Positions 1-8,701 of a stretch of DNA of 38,876 nucleotides are shown here, in pieces. The DNA is from a virus (lineage: Duplodnaviria; Heunggongvirae; Uroviricota; Caudoviricetes). Within the stretch, counting starts at the first letter, position 1. Each line of letters opens with the position of its first letter. The translations under genes were made by a program, and so were the position numbers. The notes beneath the pieces are model-generated. The model was not told where the DNA came from and ran no database searches. It saw nothing but the letters and a program-made list of their open reading frames with translations. The stretch lies in the IMG/VR virus record IMGVR_UViG_2526164597_000012. The stretch is one strand, 5' to 3'.

Positions 1-696
1 ATGTTGAGCGCGCCGTTACGCCAGCCGGGCATTGTGGCTTTGCGGGAATATTTACGCCAGCGTCCCCCCGCCTGCATACGGCCTCTTAATCAGGTCGATA
101 ACTTATTTATTCTGCCGGTCGCTGAGTGTATTTCGCTCGGTTGGGATAGCAGCCGCCAGACGCTGGATGCGCAGGTAATCAGCGGCGAAGGTGAAGATAA
201 TCTCCTGACGTTATCCCTTCCGGCATCTGCCTGTTCTCCTTTTGCCGTTGAACGCATGGCGGCGCTTTTGCAACAAACAGACGACCCCGTGAGTCTGGTT
301 TCTGGCTTTGTCAGTTTTGTTGATGGGCAATTGACACTGGAACCACGGGTGATGATGACAAAAACCCGCGCCTGGGCGCTGGACGCGGAAACTGCGCCTG
401 TGGCACCGCTACCTTCTGCCAGCGTTTTGCCTGTGCCGTCTACCGCTCATCAGTTGCTGATGCGCTGCCAGGCGTTACTTATTCAACTGCTCCATAACGG
501 CTGGCGCTATCAGGAACAGAGCGCTATTAGTCAGGCAGAGTTGCTGGCGAATGACCTCTCCGCGGTCGGTTTTTATCGGCTGGCACATGTGTTGGGACAA
601 TTTCGTAATACAGAAAGCGAGGCACGGGTAGAAGCAATGAATAACGGTGTTTTACTTTGCGAACAATTATTCCCCATGCTTCAGCAACAAGGATGA
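1..696 (+). CDS. yehQ: 3' part of host gene upstream of yehR (probable YehQ-like protein), truncated by window start
   Basis: ORF open from base 1, stop at 694-696; lies upstream of the yehR lipoprotein gene and divergent yehS as in the E. coli yehLMPQ-yehR-yehS locus; identity recalled from synteny, not verified. Confidence 0.45.
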   Translation: MLSAPLRQPGIVALREYLRQRPPACIRPLNQVDNLFILPVAECISLGWDSSRQTLDAQVISGEGEDNLLTLSLPASACSPFAVERMAALLQQTDDPVSLVSGFVSFVDGQLTLEPRVMMTKTRAWALDAETAPVAPLPSASVLPVPSTAHQLLMRCQALLIQLLHNGWRYQEQSAISQAELLANDLSAVGFYRLAHVLGQFRNTESEARVEAMNNGVLLCEQLFPMLQQQG

Positions 697-820
697 AATA
701 GTGCTTTTTACTAAGAGTTCTACTCCAGTTCCGGACTGCTCACGTCACGGTATTAGGCATATTCTATATAGCCCCTGGTGAGAGTCACCAGTTTCTTGAT
801 TAAATAAAATGGAGTTTTAC

Positions 821-1073
821 ATGAAGGCTTTCAATAAGCTGTTTTCCCTCGTTGTTGCATCTGTTCTGGTTTTCTCTCTTGCTGGCTGCGGTGACAAAGA
901 AGAATCGAAGAAATTCAGCGCCAATCTGAACGGCACTGAAATTGCCATTACCTATGTCTACAAAGGTGACAAGGTGCTTAAGCAATCTTCTGAAACCAAA
1001 ATTCAATTTGCTTCTATTGGTGCAACCACCAAAGAAGACGCTGCCAAGACACTTGAGCCGTTAAGCGCCAAAT
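821..1073 (+). pseudogene. yehR: yehR 5' fragment (lipoprotein; signal peptide + lipobox LAGC), interrupted after codon ~84 by prophage insertion
   Basis: MKAFNKLFSLVVASVLVFSLAGCGDKEE lipoprotein N-terminus; reading frame runs into the prophage end and terminates after 13 foreign codons; in-frame continuation (YKNIAGVEEK...) is found at 38157..38365. Confidence 0.8.
1068..1073. repeat. Target-site duplication, left copy (CCAAAT)
   Basis: CCAAAT directly abuts the element terminus TGATGCG...; identical hexamer abuts the right terminus; removing the element and one copy restores a continuous yehR frame (..S A K Y K N I..). Confidence 0.7.
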
Positions 1074-1125
1074 TGATGCGCCGCGCGATAAATGCACTCT
1101 ATCTTGTGCGATAAATGGCATCCAC
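1074..1125. repeat. Left terminal region with putative transposase-binding repeats (2x CGATAAATG)
   Basis: TGATGCGCCGCGCGATAAATGCA...GTGCGATAAATGGCA; the reverse complement of the right end has TGAT and GATAAATG at the same offsets. Confidence 0.55.
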
Positions 1126-1151
1126 GCGGCGTTTCATTATTTGAAAAAGAA

Positions 1152-1724
1152 TTACATTTCAGGTTGCGTTATGACAGTCCCAACAGGGTGGTAGCGGTAG
1201 ATCGTTGACAGTCCAATATCATAGATAATTGCCAGCCGCTTTCTGTCATACCCTTTCTGGAGCAATCTTGCGATCTGCTCATGCTGCTCCTTCGTCAGTT
1301 TCGGGCGACGTCCTCCAACTCTCCCTTGTGCTCGCGCAGCAGCCAGTCCTGCCAGCGTGCGCTCAACTATCAGTTCACGCTCCATTTCTGCCAGTGCACC
1401 CATCATATGAAAAAAGAACCTTCCCATCGGAGTGCTGGTATCGATTGAATCCGTCAGACTGCGAAAATTGACACCTTTTGCGCGTAGCTCTTCTGTGAGA
1501 GCAATGAGGTGTTTCATTCTTCTACCCAACCGATCCAGCTTCCAGACCACCAATGTATCCCCTCTTTTAAGGCACTTTAAAGCGCGTTTCAGGCCTGGTC
1601 GTTCCGACTTGGTTCCGCTCATTTTGTCCTCAAAAATCTGTTCACATCCTGCGCACATTAATGCATTGCGTTGCAAATCTGTGTTTTGGTCATTTGTTGA
1701 CACACGTATGTAGCCAATCAGCAT
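1152..1724 (-). CDS. gin: Gin-family serine DNA invertase (190 aa)
   Basis: MLIGYIRVSTNDQNTDLQRNAL... with catalytic Ser region and C-terminal HTH; near-colinear with Mu Gin as recalled; RBS AAGGGAG 8 nt upstream of ATG at 1724; ORF-track entry 1152..1919 is an upstream extension. Confidence 0.9.
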   Translation of the reverse strand: MLIGYIRVSTNDQNTDLQRNALMCAGCEQIFEDKMSGTKSERPGLKRALKCLKRGDTLVVWKLDRLGRRMKHLIALTEELRAKGVNFRSLTDSIDTSTPMGRFFFHMMGALAEMERELIVERTLAGLAAARAQGRVGGRRPKLTKEQHEQIARLLQKGYDRKRLAIIYDIGLSTIYRYHPVGTVITQPEM

Positions 1725-1778
1725 TAAAAATACTCCCTTTTGAGTGGTTAAAGTACTGAGATAATGTGGGGAGGATTT

Positions 1779-1804
1779 GAGAGATAAACGTTGGTTTAGG
1801 GGAA
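1779..1804. other. Candidate gix-like crossover site A (..AAACG TT GGTTTAGGGGAA)
   Basis: Right half-site GGTTTAGGGGAA matches Mu gix half-site GGTTTACAGGAA (as recalled) at 10/12; sits at the 5' edge of the conserved cassette block, next to the gin promoter. Confidence 0.4.
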
Positions 1805-2299
1805 GGCTCGGCGCTGCCCGTTGGTGTGCCCGTTCCATGGCCCTCAGCCACACCGCCAACGGGGTGGCTGAAATGCAATGGTGCAGCATTTTCTTCTGAA
1901 ATGTATCCCAAACTGGCAAAAGCCTACCCCACCAATAAATTACCGGATTTACGGGGAGAATTTATTCGCGGTTGGGATGATGGGCGCGGGGTGGATGCTG
2001 GCCGCGCTTTGCTTAATTGGCAGCCACACACAATTTTGGATCATGCACACTATATGGAATTATGGACCGGGGATGGACTTGCCGCGGGAAGTACACGGGA
2101 AGGAGTAAACCCTGGAATACTGGCTACATACGGGGACGGGGGAATAGTTAAAACAGACGAACCCGGTTTAAATGTGCCTTCCTCACTACGAGCCGTTAGC
2201 TCTCGTAATGTAAAACGGTTTGGTGAAATTAGTGGAAATGTAGGTACAGAAACTCGCCCTCGCAACGTTGCATTTAATTACATCGTAAGAGCCGCATGA
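1781..2299 (+). CDS. Promoterless alternative tail-fibre C-terminal cassette A (Sv-like)
   Basis: Frame open from 1781; begins with the same ~65-aa block (NVGLGEGSALPVGVPVPWP..TPPTGWLKCNGAAFSSEMYP..RGEFIRGWDDGRG) found in the expressed tail fibre, then a unique segment, then conserved ETRPRNVAFNYIVRAA end. Confidence 0.7.
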   Translation, partial: EINVGLGEGSALPVGVPVPWPSATPPTGWLKCNGAAFSSEMYPKLAKAYPTNKLPDLRGEFIRGWDDGRGVDAGRALLNWQPHTILDHAHYMELWTGDGLAAGSTREGVNPGILATYGDGGIVKTDEPGLNVPSSLRAVSSRNVKRFGEISGNVGTETRPRNVAFNYIVRAA

Positions 2300-2768
2300 A
2301 AACGTTGGTTTGGGGGAAGGCTCTGCACTGCCCGTTGGTGTGCCTGTTCCATGGCCCTCAGCCACACCACCAACGGGCTGGCTGAAATGTAACGGTGCAG
2401 CATTTTCTTCTGAAATGTACCCAAATCTGGCAAAGGTTTACCCAACGTTAAAATTACCTGATTTACGCGGTGAGTTTATCCGTGGCTGGGATGATGGGCG
2501 CGGGGTGGATGCCGGAAGGGGCATCTTAAGCATGCAGGGGTGGTTAACAGGAAGTCATTATCATAATATTCGGTCATGGGATGCGTGGGATAACACGGTA
2601 CTGGTGCCAAATGACAAAAGAGGGGATAGTCTGTTGTCGACAGATAATGCCGTCCGGCAAGGTGCAATTAACGGTAGATTTACCAGTCAATACAGAACGG
2701 AATCCTCAGATGGGAATGAAAACCGCCCACGCAATATTGCCTTCAATTATATTGTGAGAACCGCATAA
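2289..2768 (+). CDS. Promoterless alternative tail-fibre C-terminal cassette B (Sv-like)
   Basis: Same conserved N-terminal block and C-terminal ENRPRNIAFNYIVRTA; unique middle; stop overlaps the tfa start (TAATGA). Confidence 0.7.
   Translation, partial: EPHENVGLGEGSALPVGVPVPWPSATPPTGWLKCNGAAFSSEMYPNLAKVYPTLKLPDLRGEFIRGWDDGRGVDAGRGILSMQGWLTGSHYHNIRSWDAWDNTVLVPNDKRGDSLLSTDNAVRQGAINGRFTSQYRTESSDGNENRPRNIAFNYIVRTA
2293..2318. other. Candidate gix-like crossover site B (..GAAAACG TT GGTTTGGGGGAA)
   Basis: Same half-site motif as site A at the equivalent position of cassette B. Confidence 0.4.
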
Positions 2769-3379
2769 TGAATAACGCGATATTAAATGATGACCTTATT
2801 GCCGTACAGGCAGGAAACATCGTCGTTTATAACTATGATGGTGAGACACGGGAATATATTTCCGAATCAACTGAATATCTTGCTGTGGGTGTTGGTATTC
2901 CGGCTAATTCCTGTTTAGATGCCCCAGGCGCACATAAATCTGGCTATGCTATTCGCCGTTCGGAGGATTTAAATTCATGGGAGTATGCGCCAGACCATCG
3001 TGGTGAAACCGTCTATAGCACTGACACGGGAAACACCGAAGAAATCACGGCGCTGGGTGACTACCCGAAAAATACAACCACTATCGCCCCGTTAACACCA
3101 TACGATAAATGGGATGGTGAAAAATGGGTGACAGATACTGAGGTACAACATCGTGCCGCAGTAGAAGCGGCAGAAACCAAGCGCCAGTCACTGGCTGATG
3201 CGGCAATGGATTCCATAAGTCTGATTCAGTTGAAGTTGCGGGCCGGGCGGAAGTTGACGCAGGCAGAAACCACCCGGCTTAATGCCGTGCTGGATTATAT
3301 AGACGCGCTGAACGCAATGGATATAAACATGGCACCAGATATCAACTTGCCGGAAATACCACTGGCATCAGCCAGTTGA
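2768..3379 (+). CDS. Tail fibre assembly protein (Tfa/U-like chaperone)
   Basis: 203 aa; immediately follows cassette B with overlapping stop/start; size, position and sequence style typical of Mu U / lambda Tfa family. Confidence 0.7.
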   Translation: MNNAILNDDLIAVQAGNIVVYNYDGETREYISESTEYLAVGVGIPANSCLDAPGAHKSGYAIRRSEDLNSWEYAPDHRGETVYSTDTGNTEEITALGDYPKNTTTIAPLTPYDKWDGEKWVTDTEVQHRAAVEAAETKRQSLADAAMDSISLIQLKLRAGRKLTQAETTRLNAVLDYIDALNAMDINMAPDINLPEIPLASAS

Positions 3380-3385
3380 ATATAA

Positions 3386-4687
3386 CTAAGCCGCCCTCAC
3401 GATATAGTTAAATGCAATATTGCGGGGGCGGGTTTCACTACCACCTGTGTTACCAATACTTCCTCGTGAATGAAGCGTTGGTGATGGAATCAAACTCCCT
3501 CCTGTATTTGTGGCATCAAGCCCCCTGCCTTGTGTATATGTTTTTTTGAAAATCGTAGCCAACTCCCATTCATCTTTTGTGTCATATCCATCGTTAGCTA
3601 CAACAATATGGCGATGTTTTTCCAACATCCCGTTTTGAATGCTCAATAAAGCGCGTGCCGCATCAATTCCTCGCCCATCATCCCAGCCACGGATAAATTC
3701 TCCGCGTAAATCCGGTAATTTATTGGTGGGGTAGGCTTTTGCCAGTTTGGGGTACATTTCAGAAGAAAATGCTGCACCGTTACATTTCAGCCAGCCCGTT
3801 GGTGGTGTTGCTAAGGGCCATGGAACAGGCACGCCAACGGGCAGTGCAGAACCTTCTCCTAAACCAAGGTAATTGAGGACTTCTTTTATACTGCCCATAG
3901 CGATAATAGCGCGACCAATAGCTGTAAGGGTTGTCAGTGCTGCGCGGTCTGCTCCGGTAAAATAAGGCAACCGATCTGCTGCAGTGGCAAGTCCTGCCAG
4001 AGCAGTGAGCGTGGCATCTGCCGGTTGTTTTCCGTTTGCCAGATCGTATGCAGCCTTGACCGCTTTCGGTGTGGCGGCCAGTATTTCAGACGTGCTGTTG
4101 ATGTCACTGCTCAATTGTACGGTGCCTTTTGCCGTCAGCGAGGCAGCAGGCACTCCCGTTATCTGACTCCACGGGTGAGTGTGGCTGACGGGCGCCTTGC
4201 CGGCTGCAAGGTCGTATGCAGCCTTGACCGCCTTCGGCGTGGCAGCCTCAGTTTCTGATTGACTGTCCGTGGCGCTGCTCAGTTGTACGGTGCCTTTTGC
4301 CGTCAGCGAGGCAGCAGGCACTCCCGTTATCTGACTCCACGGGTGAGTATGGCTGACGGGGGCCTTGCCGGCAGCCAGGTCATATGCAGCCTTGACGGCC
4401 TTTGGTGTGGCGGCCAGCGTTTCAGAGGTGCTGTTGGTGGCACTGCTCAGTTGGGTGAACCCCTTAGCTGTCAGTGTCGCGTCCGGGTGGTTACGGGAAC
4501 GTACGTGTTCAGCCAGTGACTGTGCGGCTTCCTCCGTTTTTTTCTTCAGCCATTTCGTCCTGTTTGCCAGTTGCCGGGGGGCTCGATTTGATATCCCGTC
4601 TGCACCACCCAGAACCGGATCTGATGTCTCCAGTTGATAGATATTTTCTTCCCACTTTTCTGTTTCATTCAGGTTTCCCATAATCAA
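3386..4687 (-). CDS. Tail fibre protein (S-like): constant N-terminal part + currently joined variable C-terminal cassette C
   Basis: 433 aa; internal tandem fibre repeats; C-terminal ~160 aa start with the conserved cassette block (LGLGEGSALPVGVPVPWP...) and end ETRPRNIAFNYIVRAA. Confidence 0.85.
   Translation of the reverse strand: MIMGNLNETEKWEENIYQLETSDPVLGGADGISNRAPRQLANRTKWLKKKTEEAAQSLAEHVRSRNHPDATLTAKGFTQLSSATNSTSETLAATPKAVKAAYDLAAGKAPVSHTHPWSQITGVPAASLTAKGTVQLSSATDSQSETEAATPKAVKAAYDLAAGKAPVSHTHPWSQITGVPAASLTAKGTVQLSSDINSTSEILAATPKAVKAAYDLANGKQPADATLTALAGLATAADRLPYFTGADRAALTTLTAIGRAIIAMGSIKEVLNYLGLGEGSALPVGVPVPWPLATPPTGWLKCNGAAFSSEMYPKLAKAYPTNKLPDLRGEFIRGWDDGRGIDAARALLSIQNGMLEKHRHIVVANDGYDTKDEWELATIFKKTYTQGRGLDATNTGGSLIPSPTLHSRGSIGNTGGSETRPRNIAFNYIVRAA
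3854..3879. other. Candidate gix-like crossover site C inside the tail-fibre gene (inverted relative to sites A and B)
   Basis: Minus-strand ..AATTACC TT GGTTTAGGAGAA at the constant/variable boundary (codons ~273-279). Confidence 0.4.
3960..4480. repeat. Tandem in-frame repeats (~168 bp / 56 aa, ~2.6 copies) within the tail-fibre gene
   Basis: Protein repeats LTAKG..QLSS..SE..AATPKAVKAAYDLA.GK.PVSHTHPWSQITGVPAAS; DNA copies near 4044, 4212, 4381; causes the repeated plus-strand shadow ORFs 4025..4258 and 4259..4519. Confidence 0.75.
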
Positions 4688-5262
4688 CTGCTCCCGTGGT
4701 TATAACTGCCATCATGGATGGCGGTATTGTTATAGCGAATGGCCACAGACTGATACTCCAGGCTGGCCAGATGGCAGCGGGCCGGTGCAAATGCAGCCAG
4801 CGTCTGACGCAGCATCGCGGCCTGATCGTTAGTAATGGGCTGTTTCAGAATAACGCGATAAACTGCCCAGGCGGCTGCATCTCCATGAACAAACAGTCCG
4901 TTATAGCTGCGATTGCCGTCGTAACTGAGACGACCTGTGCCTTCAATCAGATCCACTTCACCAAAGCCAAAACGGCGGATAACTTCCCGGATTGACCACG
5001 GCGTCCCTTTATACCGGTGCAGTTCGATGGCTGCTTTTATAAGCATGCGGCGAACATCGTCCGATTCCGCCAGCTCCCAGCCATCGCCAGACAGTGAGAA
5101 CTGCTCGCCCAGCCATGGCAGCGCGGAACTGTCGACGATATCGACGAGAAAGACCATCAGTACGCTCAGGTCGATGTTATCCAGCCGTCCTGCCAGTCTT
5201 CCCAGCGTCCTGAGACTGATATCACCCTCAAGCGGTGGCGGGAGTTGTAATGGCTCAGTCAT
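4684..5262 (-). CDS. Baseplate/tail protein (Mu gp48-like)
   Basis: 192 aa, position between baseplate J-like gene and tail fibre as in Mu/P2-type baseplate modules. Confidence 0.6.
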   Translation of the reverse strand: MTEPLQLPPPLEGDISLRTLGRLAGRLDNIDLSVLMVFLVDIVDSSALPWLGEQFSLSGDGWELAESDDVRRMLIKAAIELHRYKGTPWSIREVIRRFGFGEVDLIEGTGRLSYDGNRSYNGLFVHGDAAAWAVYRVILKQPITNDQAAMLRQTLAAFAPARCHLASLEYQSVAIRYNNTAIHDGSYNHGSS

Positions 5263-6358
5263 CAGACACTCCAGTCATGTTAAGAGTGATTGCCGTACAG
5301 TTTGCCCATTCGTTTTCTGCCACCACCCGCAGTGCCGGTGTCACCAGTTCAACCTGGTACACCCCGGAAACGGACAATGCACTGATAATCTGGCTGGGGA
5401 CAATATCGCGCCCCAGCGTGGCGGCACGTGATGCCACCCAGTTCTGTATGGCGCTGTTAGCGGCATCTTTTACAGACCTGGCATCCTGATCACGATAGAT
5501 CGTAATCTTGGCTTCAATGGTGTAATCCACCTTCACTGGTGTTTTAGCCCGCACTGTATCAGTGAGTGGCCTGACTTTCTCATCAGAGCAGAAACTCTCT
5601 ACCAGCGTGAGAACACCGCCGTCCGGCAGACCGGTACTGAGCAGCGGATACAGATCTACGGTCCCGGGAACCGGGGAAAGCACAGCAACATCGACAATGT
5701 TGGGATGGGCCTGCATGGCATGAAAGCGGTATGCGCCACGGCTTCCGGCATTGGTGAATGACTCCGGGGCCAGCCTGATACGCTCCCGGAGCCTGTCATC
5801 GTCTTCCTGTTCTGAACCGCCGGAACTGGCCGTCAGATTGCTCACCAGCAGGTCGACGTTATCAATCTCATCGAGTAACTGACTGACCTGCGCAGGTTGC
5901 CAGCCGTTACCAGCGGTACCGGGTTCGGTACAGGTGGACGTGACATTGACCAGCAGCAATCCGGCCTTCAGTACCACATCTGTATCGGTGGCAAAAATAA
6001 CGCTGTCGGAAGCGCTGACGCGGGTGCCTGCCGGGATCAGCACATCAATGGCCAGTGCCTCATCTACGGAGAACTGGAGCGTGGTAGTGGCAGGCTGCGC
6101 GGCAAGACGGTATACACCGACCAGTTCACCGAGGTAATCAATCATCGGCTCACGGGCAAAGGCGACCAGATTCTGCTTTGCTGCCTCCTGTACCGCAACC
6201 CTGACCAGCATTTCGCGATAGGCCCACAGATCAATCAGCAGACGTTCTGCCTGTGCCGGGTACAGCGTTTTGCCGGTATCCGCTTCATACTTCGCAATCA
6301 TTTCTGCCGTGATTTTGTCGGCATCGCGTTCAATAAAATCGGGTTCTGTCAGCGCCAT
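5255..6358 (-). CDS. Baseplate J-like protein (Mu gp47-like)
   Basis: 367 aa; size and synteny (after gpW-like, before gp48-like). Confidence 0.65.
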   Translation of the reverse strand: MALTEPDFIERDADKITAEMIAKYEADTGKTLYPAQAERLLIDLWAYREMLVRVAVQEAAKQNLVAFAREPMIDYLGELVGVYRLAAQPATTTLQFSVDEALAIDVLIPAGTRVSASDSVIFATDTDVVLKAGLLLVNVTSTCTEPGTAGNGWQPAQVSQLLDEIDNVDLLVSNLTASSGGSEQEDDDRLRERIRLAPESFTNAGSRGAYRFHAMQAHPNIVDVAVLSPVPGTVDLYPLLSTGLPDGGVLTLVESFCSDEKVRPLTDTVRAKTPVKVDYTIEAKITIYRDQDARSVKDAANSAIQNWVASRAATLGRDIVPSQIISALSVSGVYQVELVTPALRVVAENEWANCTAITLNMTGVSDD

Positions 6359-6696
6359 AGCAGCTCCTGAGTCCGGGTCTGTCCGTCTGAGCCTTTCCAG
6401 CTCACCCGGAGCGTAAGATGTTCGCCGTCGACGGCGGGTTTAACTGACATAAGCTGGCAGCGGGGCTCCCAGCGCCGGATGGCATCGACGGATTCGCGCA
6501 CCACATGCGGAATGGCCCGGTCTACAGGCCAGTCGATATAAAGATGCAGATTGCTGCCGAACTCCGGGCGATGCGGGTCGCTGCCGCGGGGAGTCCGCAG
6601 GATAATTTGAATCGCCTGCCGGATATCATCCAGCCCCCGGACAATTTCGCCGGGAGCCTGCAGGGTCGGTTGCCAGAATACTGAGGTTGTTTTCAT
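6349..6696 (-). CDS. Baseplate wedge protein, gpW/GP25-like (Mu gp46-like)
   Basis: 115 aa; conserved position and size. Confidence 0.6.
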   Translation of the reverse strand: MKTTSVFWQPTLQAPGEIVRGLDDIRQAIQIILRTPRGSDPHRPEFGSNLHLYIDWPVDRAIPHVVRESVDAIRRWEPRCQLMSVKPAVDGEHLTLRVSWKGSDGQTRTQELLWR

Positions 6697-6750
6697 GGGG
6701 GCAGTATTGCCCCCGTGCGGGAACGCTGATATTAAAGGCGTTTAAAAAGC

Positions 6751-7347
6751 TCAGTGGGAGTGGTGGCTGGAGTTTTCGCCATCAGACAACATACTGCCCG
6801 TGGCATGGGCATTCCCTTTAATCTCGATATTGCCATGGATGGTCGCGGTAACACCTTCACCACCAGAACCCGCCATGCCTCCTTCGTAAATCAGCTTACC
6901 CCTGACACGCAGATCTCCGGTAAGTTCGGTTTCCGGTGCGTCAATCGTGGCTTTCTGTGTTTTCAATACCACATCAGCACCACACTCAATGACAATATGC
7001 TCAATGCCGCCCCGGATGGTCAGAGTGTGCGTCTTCCGGTTGTAGCTGTACTCTGCACCATCAGCAAACCGGGTTCCCCGGATATTTTTGTCACTGAACG
7101 GTGGTTTATCGACGTCTGAATACACCGCGCCCAGAATAACACCATCCTCGCCGTTGGCATCGAGCAGTACCTCAACCTGCTCCCCCACGTCAGGGAGCCA
7201 GTAATCTTTGTTATCCTGGGTATTGCGCTGCAGCACGTTAAGCCAGTTTGTGCGCAGGTTATCGCATTCAGGCAGACGAACGCGGGCCTGAACCCTGTCG
7301 GCATCAACGGCACTGACCGTACCGACCTGACGAGTGACACCAGTCAT
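6751..7347 (-). CDS. Baseplate central spike protein (Mu gp45 / P2 gpV-like), His-rich C-terminus
   Basis: 198 aa; ATGA start/stop overlap with upstream hub gene; RBS AAGGAG; C-terminal ..GENSSHHSH. Confidence 0.65.
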   Translation of the reverse strand: MTGVTRQVGTVSAVDADRVQARVRLPECDNLRTNWLNVLQRNTQDNKDYWLPDVGEQVEVLLDANGEDGVILGAVYSDVDKPPFSDKNIRGTRFADGAEYSYNRKTHTLTIRGGIEHIVIECGADVVLKTQKATIDAPETELTGDLRVRGKLIYEGGMAGSGGEGVTATIHGNIEIKGNAHATGSMLSDGENSSHHSH

Positions 7348-8498
7348 TTTTTCTTCTCCTTAATCACCGTCGATGTACTGCCATCCGGGTGATAAACCGT
7401 GAGTTTCTGAGTTTTTTGTTTTTTCCCTCTTGTGACTGGCCCCCGTGCCACTTCCAGCTCTGTGGTGTAGCCGCTGTTACGGTCAAACGCATGGCGGGCA
7501 GTGGTTATGAGCCATGGCCCGGATAACTGCCCAAAACCCACCAGTTCAATTTTGTTGCCTGCTGTCAGTTGAGGTGTTCCCGTCAGCGTCAGGGAGCCGT
7601 TCTGCTGGTATTCGTTATGTCTGGCCAGTGCTGAATCCGCTTTAATCCGGGCACTGTCCGGGTCGCTGACGCGGCTGTTAACTTTAAGTGAGTCAGCGCT
7701 GGTAACCTTACCACCTTTGAGCTTTTTGTCGCTTTCACGGGTACCACCATCAGCTTCGTAGACGATCAGTTTTTTACTGCTGCTTTTCTGGTGTTTTACC
7801 TTTGCAGATTTATAGACCCGGTTGATGGTGTCACGCAGGGAAAAGCGGGCCACATCCTGCGGTTTTAACTGCCTGACCGGCTCCTGACTGCGCAGTGTGG
7901 CCAGATGAGAAAAAATCAGCTGGTCACTGACCACTTTCACTGCATAACCATACTCGCTGGCCAGCCGGCGCAGAAAACCCACGTCGGTTTCAGCATACTG
8001 GGTCACCCGGTCGATTCTGATGGACTCAATGCTGCCCACCAGTTTCAGTCGGTGCTTTCTGGCAATCCGCCCCGCAACAGCTGCCAGCGTGGTGTTCTCA
8101 AAACCACGACTGGTTTTAGTCCGCAGGGCACTGTTAACCGAGGTGGCCACCCCACGGATAGAAACAACGGAAGCGGGCGAACTCACTTCGATCTCGTCTA
8201 TAGAGAACGTACCGCAGGACAGCAGCTTCTCGCCCTGATAGCCCATTTTCAGCGTCAGCGTGTCACCCTTGCCCGGATACCATTTATCCAGCCAGCGGCC
8301 ATCGGTGTCGTCCAGCTCCACCTCAATGGTATCGGACTCATTTTTGATGTTATCGCTCCAGGTCACACGGGTGACATAAGGCGCGATATCAGAGGTGATG
8401 TTTTTCTGCAGATACCACAAAGTGAACACCGGTGTCAGCACATCGCTGACGCCGGTTAACGCTGATGTGACTTGCGCAGTGCTGTTTATCTCAGCCAT
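7344..8498 (-). CDS. Baseplate hub / tail protein D-like (Mu gp44-like)
   Basis: 384 aa; synteny between gp43-like and spike. Confidence 0.65.
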   Translation of the reverse strand: MAEINSTAQVTSALTGVSDVLTPVFTLWYLQKNITSDIAPYVTRVTWSDNIKNESDTIEVELDDTDGRWLDKWYPGKGDTLTLKMGYQGEKLLSCGTFSIDEIEVSSPASVVSIRGVATSVNSALRTKTSRGFENTTLAAVAGRIARKHRLKLVGSIESIRIDRVTQYAETDVGFLRRLASEYGYAVKVVSDQLIFSHLATLRSQEPVRQLKPQDVARFSLRDTINRVYKSAKVKHQKSSSKKLIVYEADGGTRESDKKLKGGKVTSADSLKVNSRVSDPDSARIKADSALARHNEYQQNGSLTLTGTPQLTAGNKIELVGFGQLSGPWLITTARHAFDRNSGYTTELEVARGPVTRGKKQKTQKLTVYHPDGSTSTVIKEKKK

Positions 8499-8701
8499 GG
8501 GGCAATATCCTCTTCTGTACGGGCTTCTTCAGCCTCAATCACCGGGATCAGTAACAACAGCCCGGAGGGCAGCACCGGCGTGATGGCCACGTGCGGATTG
8601 GCGGCAATAATCCGGGGATAGCCCAGCGGGTCACCGTAGTACTGCCATGCCAGCGAATCCCAGCGCTCTCCGTCACGGGTAACATGTTCAAGAAACATCA
8701 C
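8486..8701 (-). CDS. Small tail protein (tail protein X-like)
   Basis: 71 aa ORF between gp43-like and hub genes, overlapping both. Confidence 0.45.
   Translation of the reverse strand: MMFLEHVTRDGERWDSLAWQYYGDPLGYPRIIAANPHVAITPVLPSGLLLLIPVIEAEEARTEEDIAPWLR

Noticed and set aside
809-1114. ORF-track entry 809..1114 as an intact 101-aa gene
   Set aside because: It is a chimera: the yehR N-terminal fragment reading through the insertion junction into the prophage terminus, ending after 13 foreign codons.
1152-1919. 255-aa extended form of the invertase ORF
   Set aside because: The upstream 65 codons have no RBS and overlap cassette A; the conserved recombinase N-terminus starts at Met 1724 with a good RBS.
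4025-4637. Repeated plus-strand ORFs within the tail-fibre gene, or a possible CRISPR-like array
   Set aside because: Repeat units are ~168 bp, in frame, and encode the fibre repeat; no short direct repeats with unique spacers, so not CRISPR.
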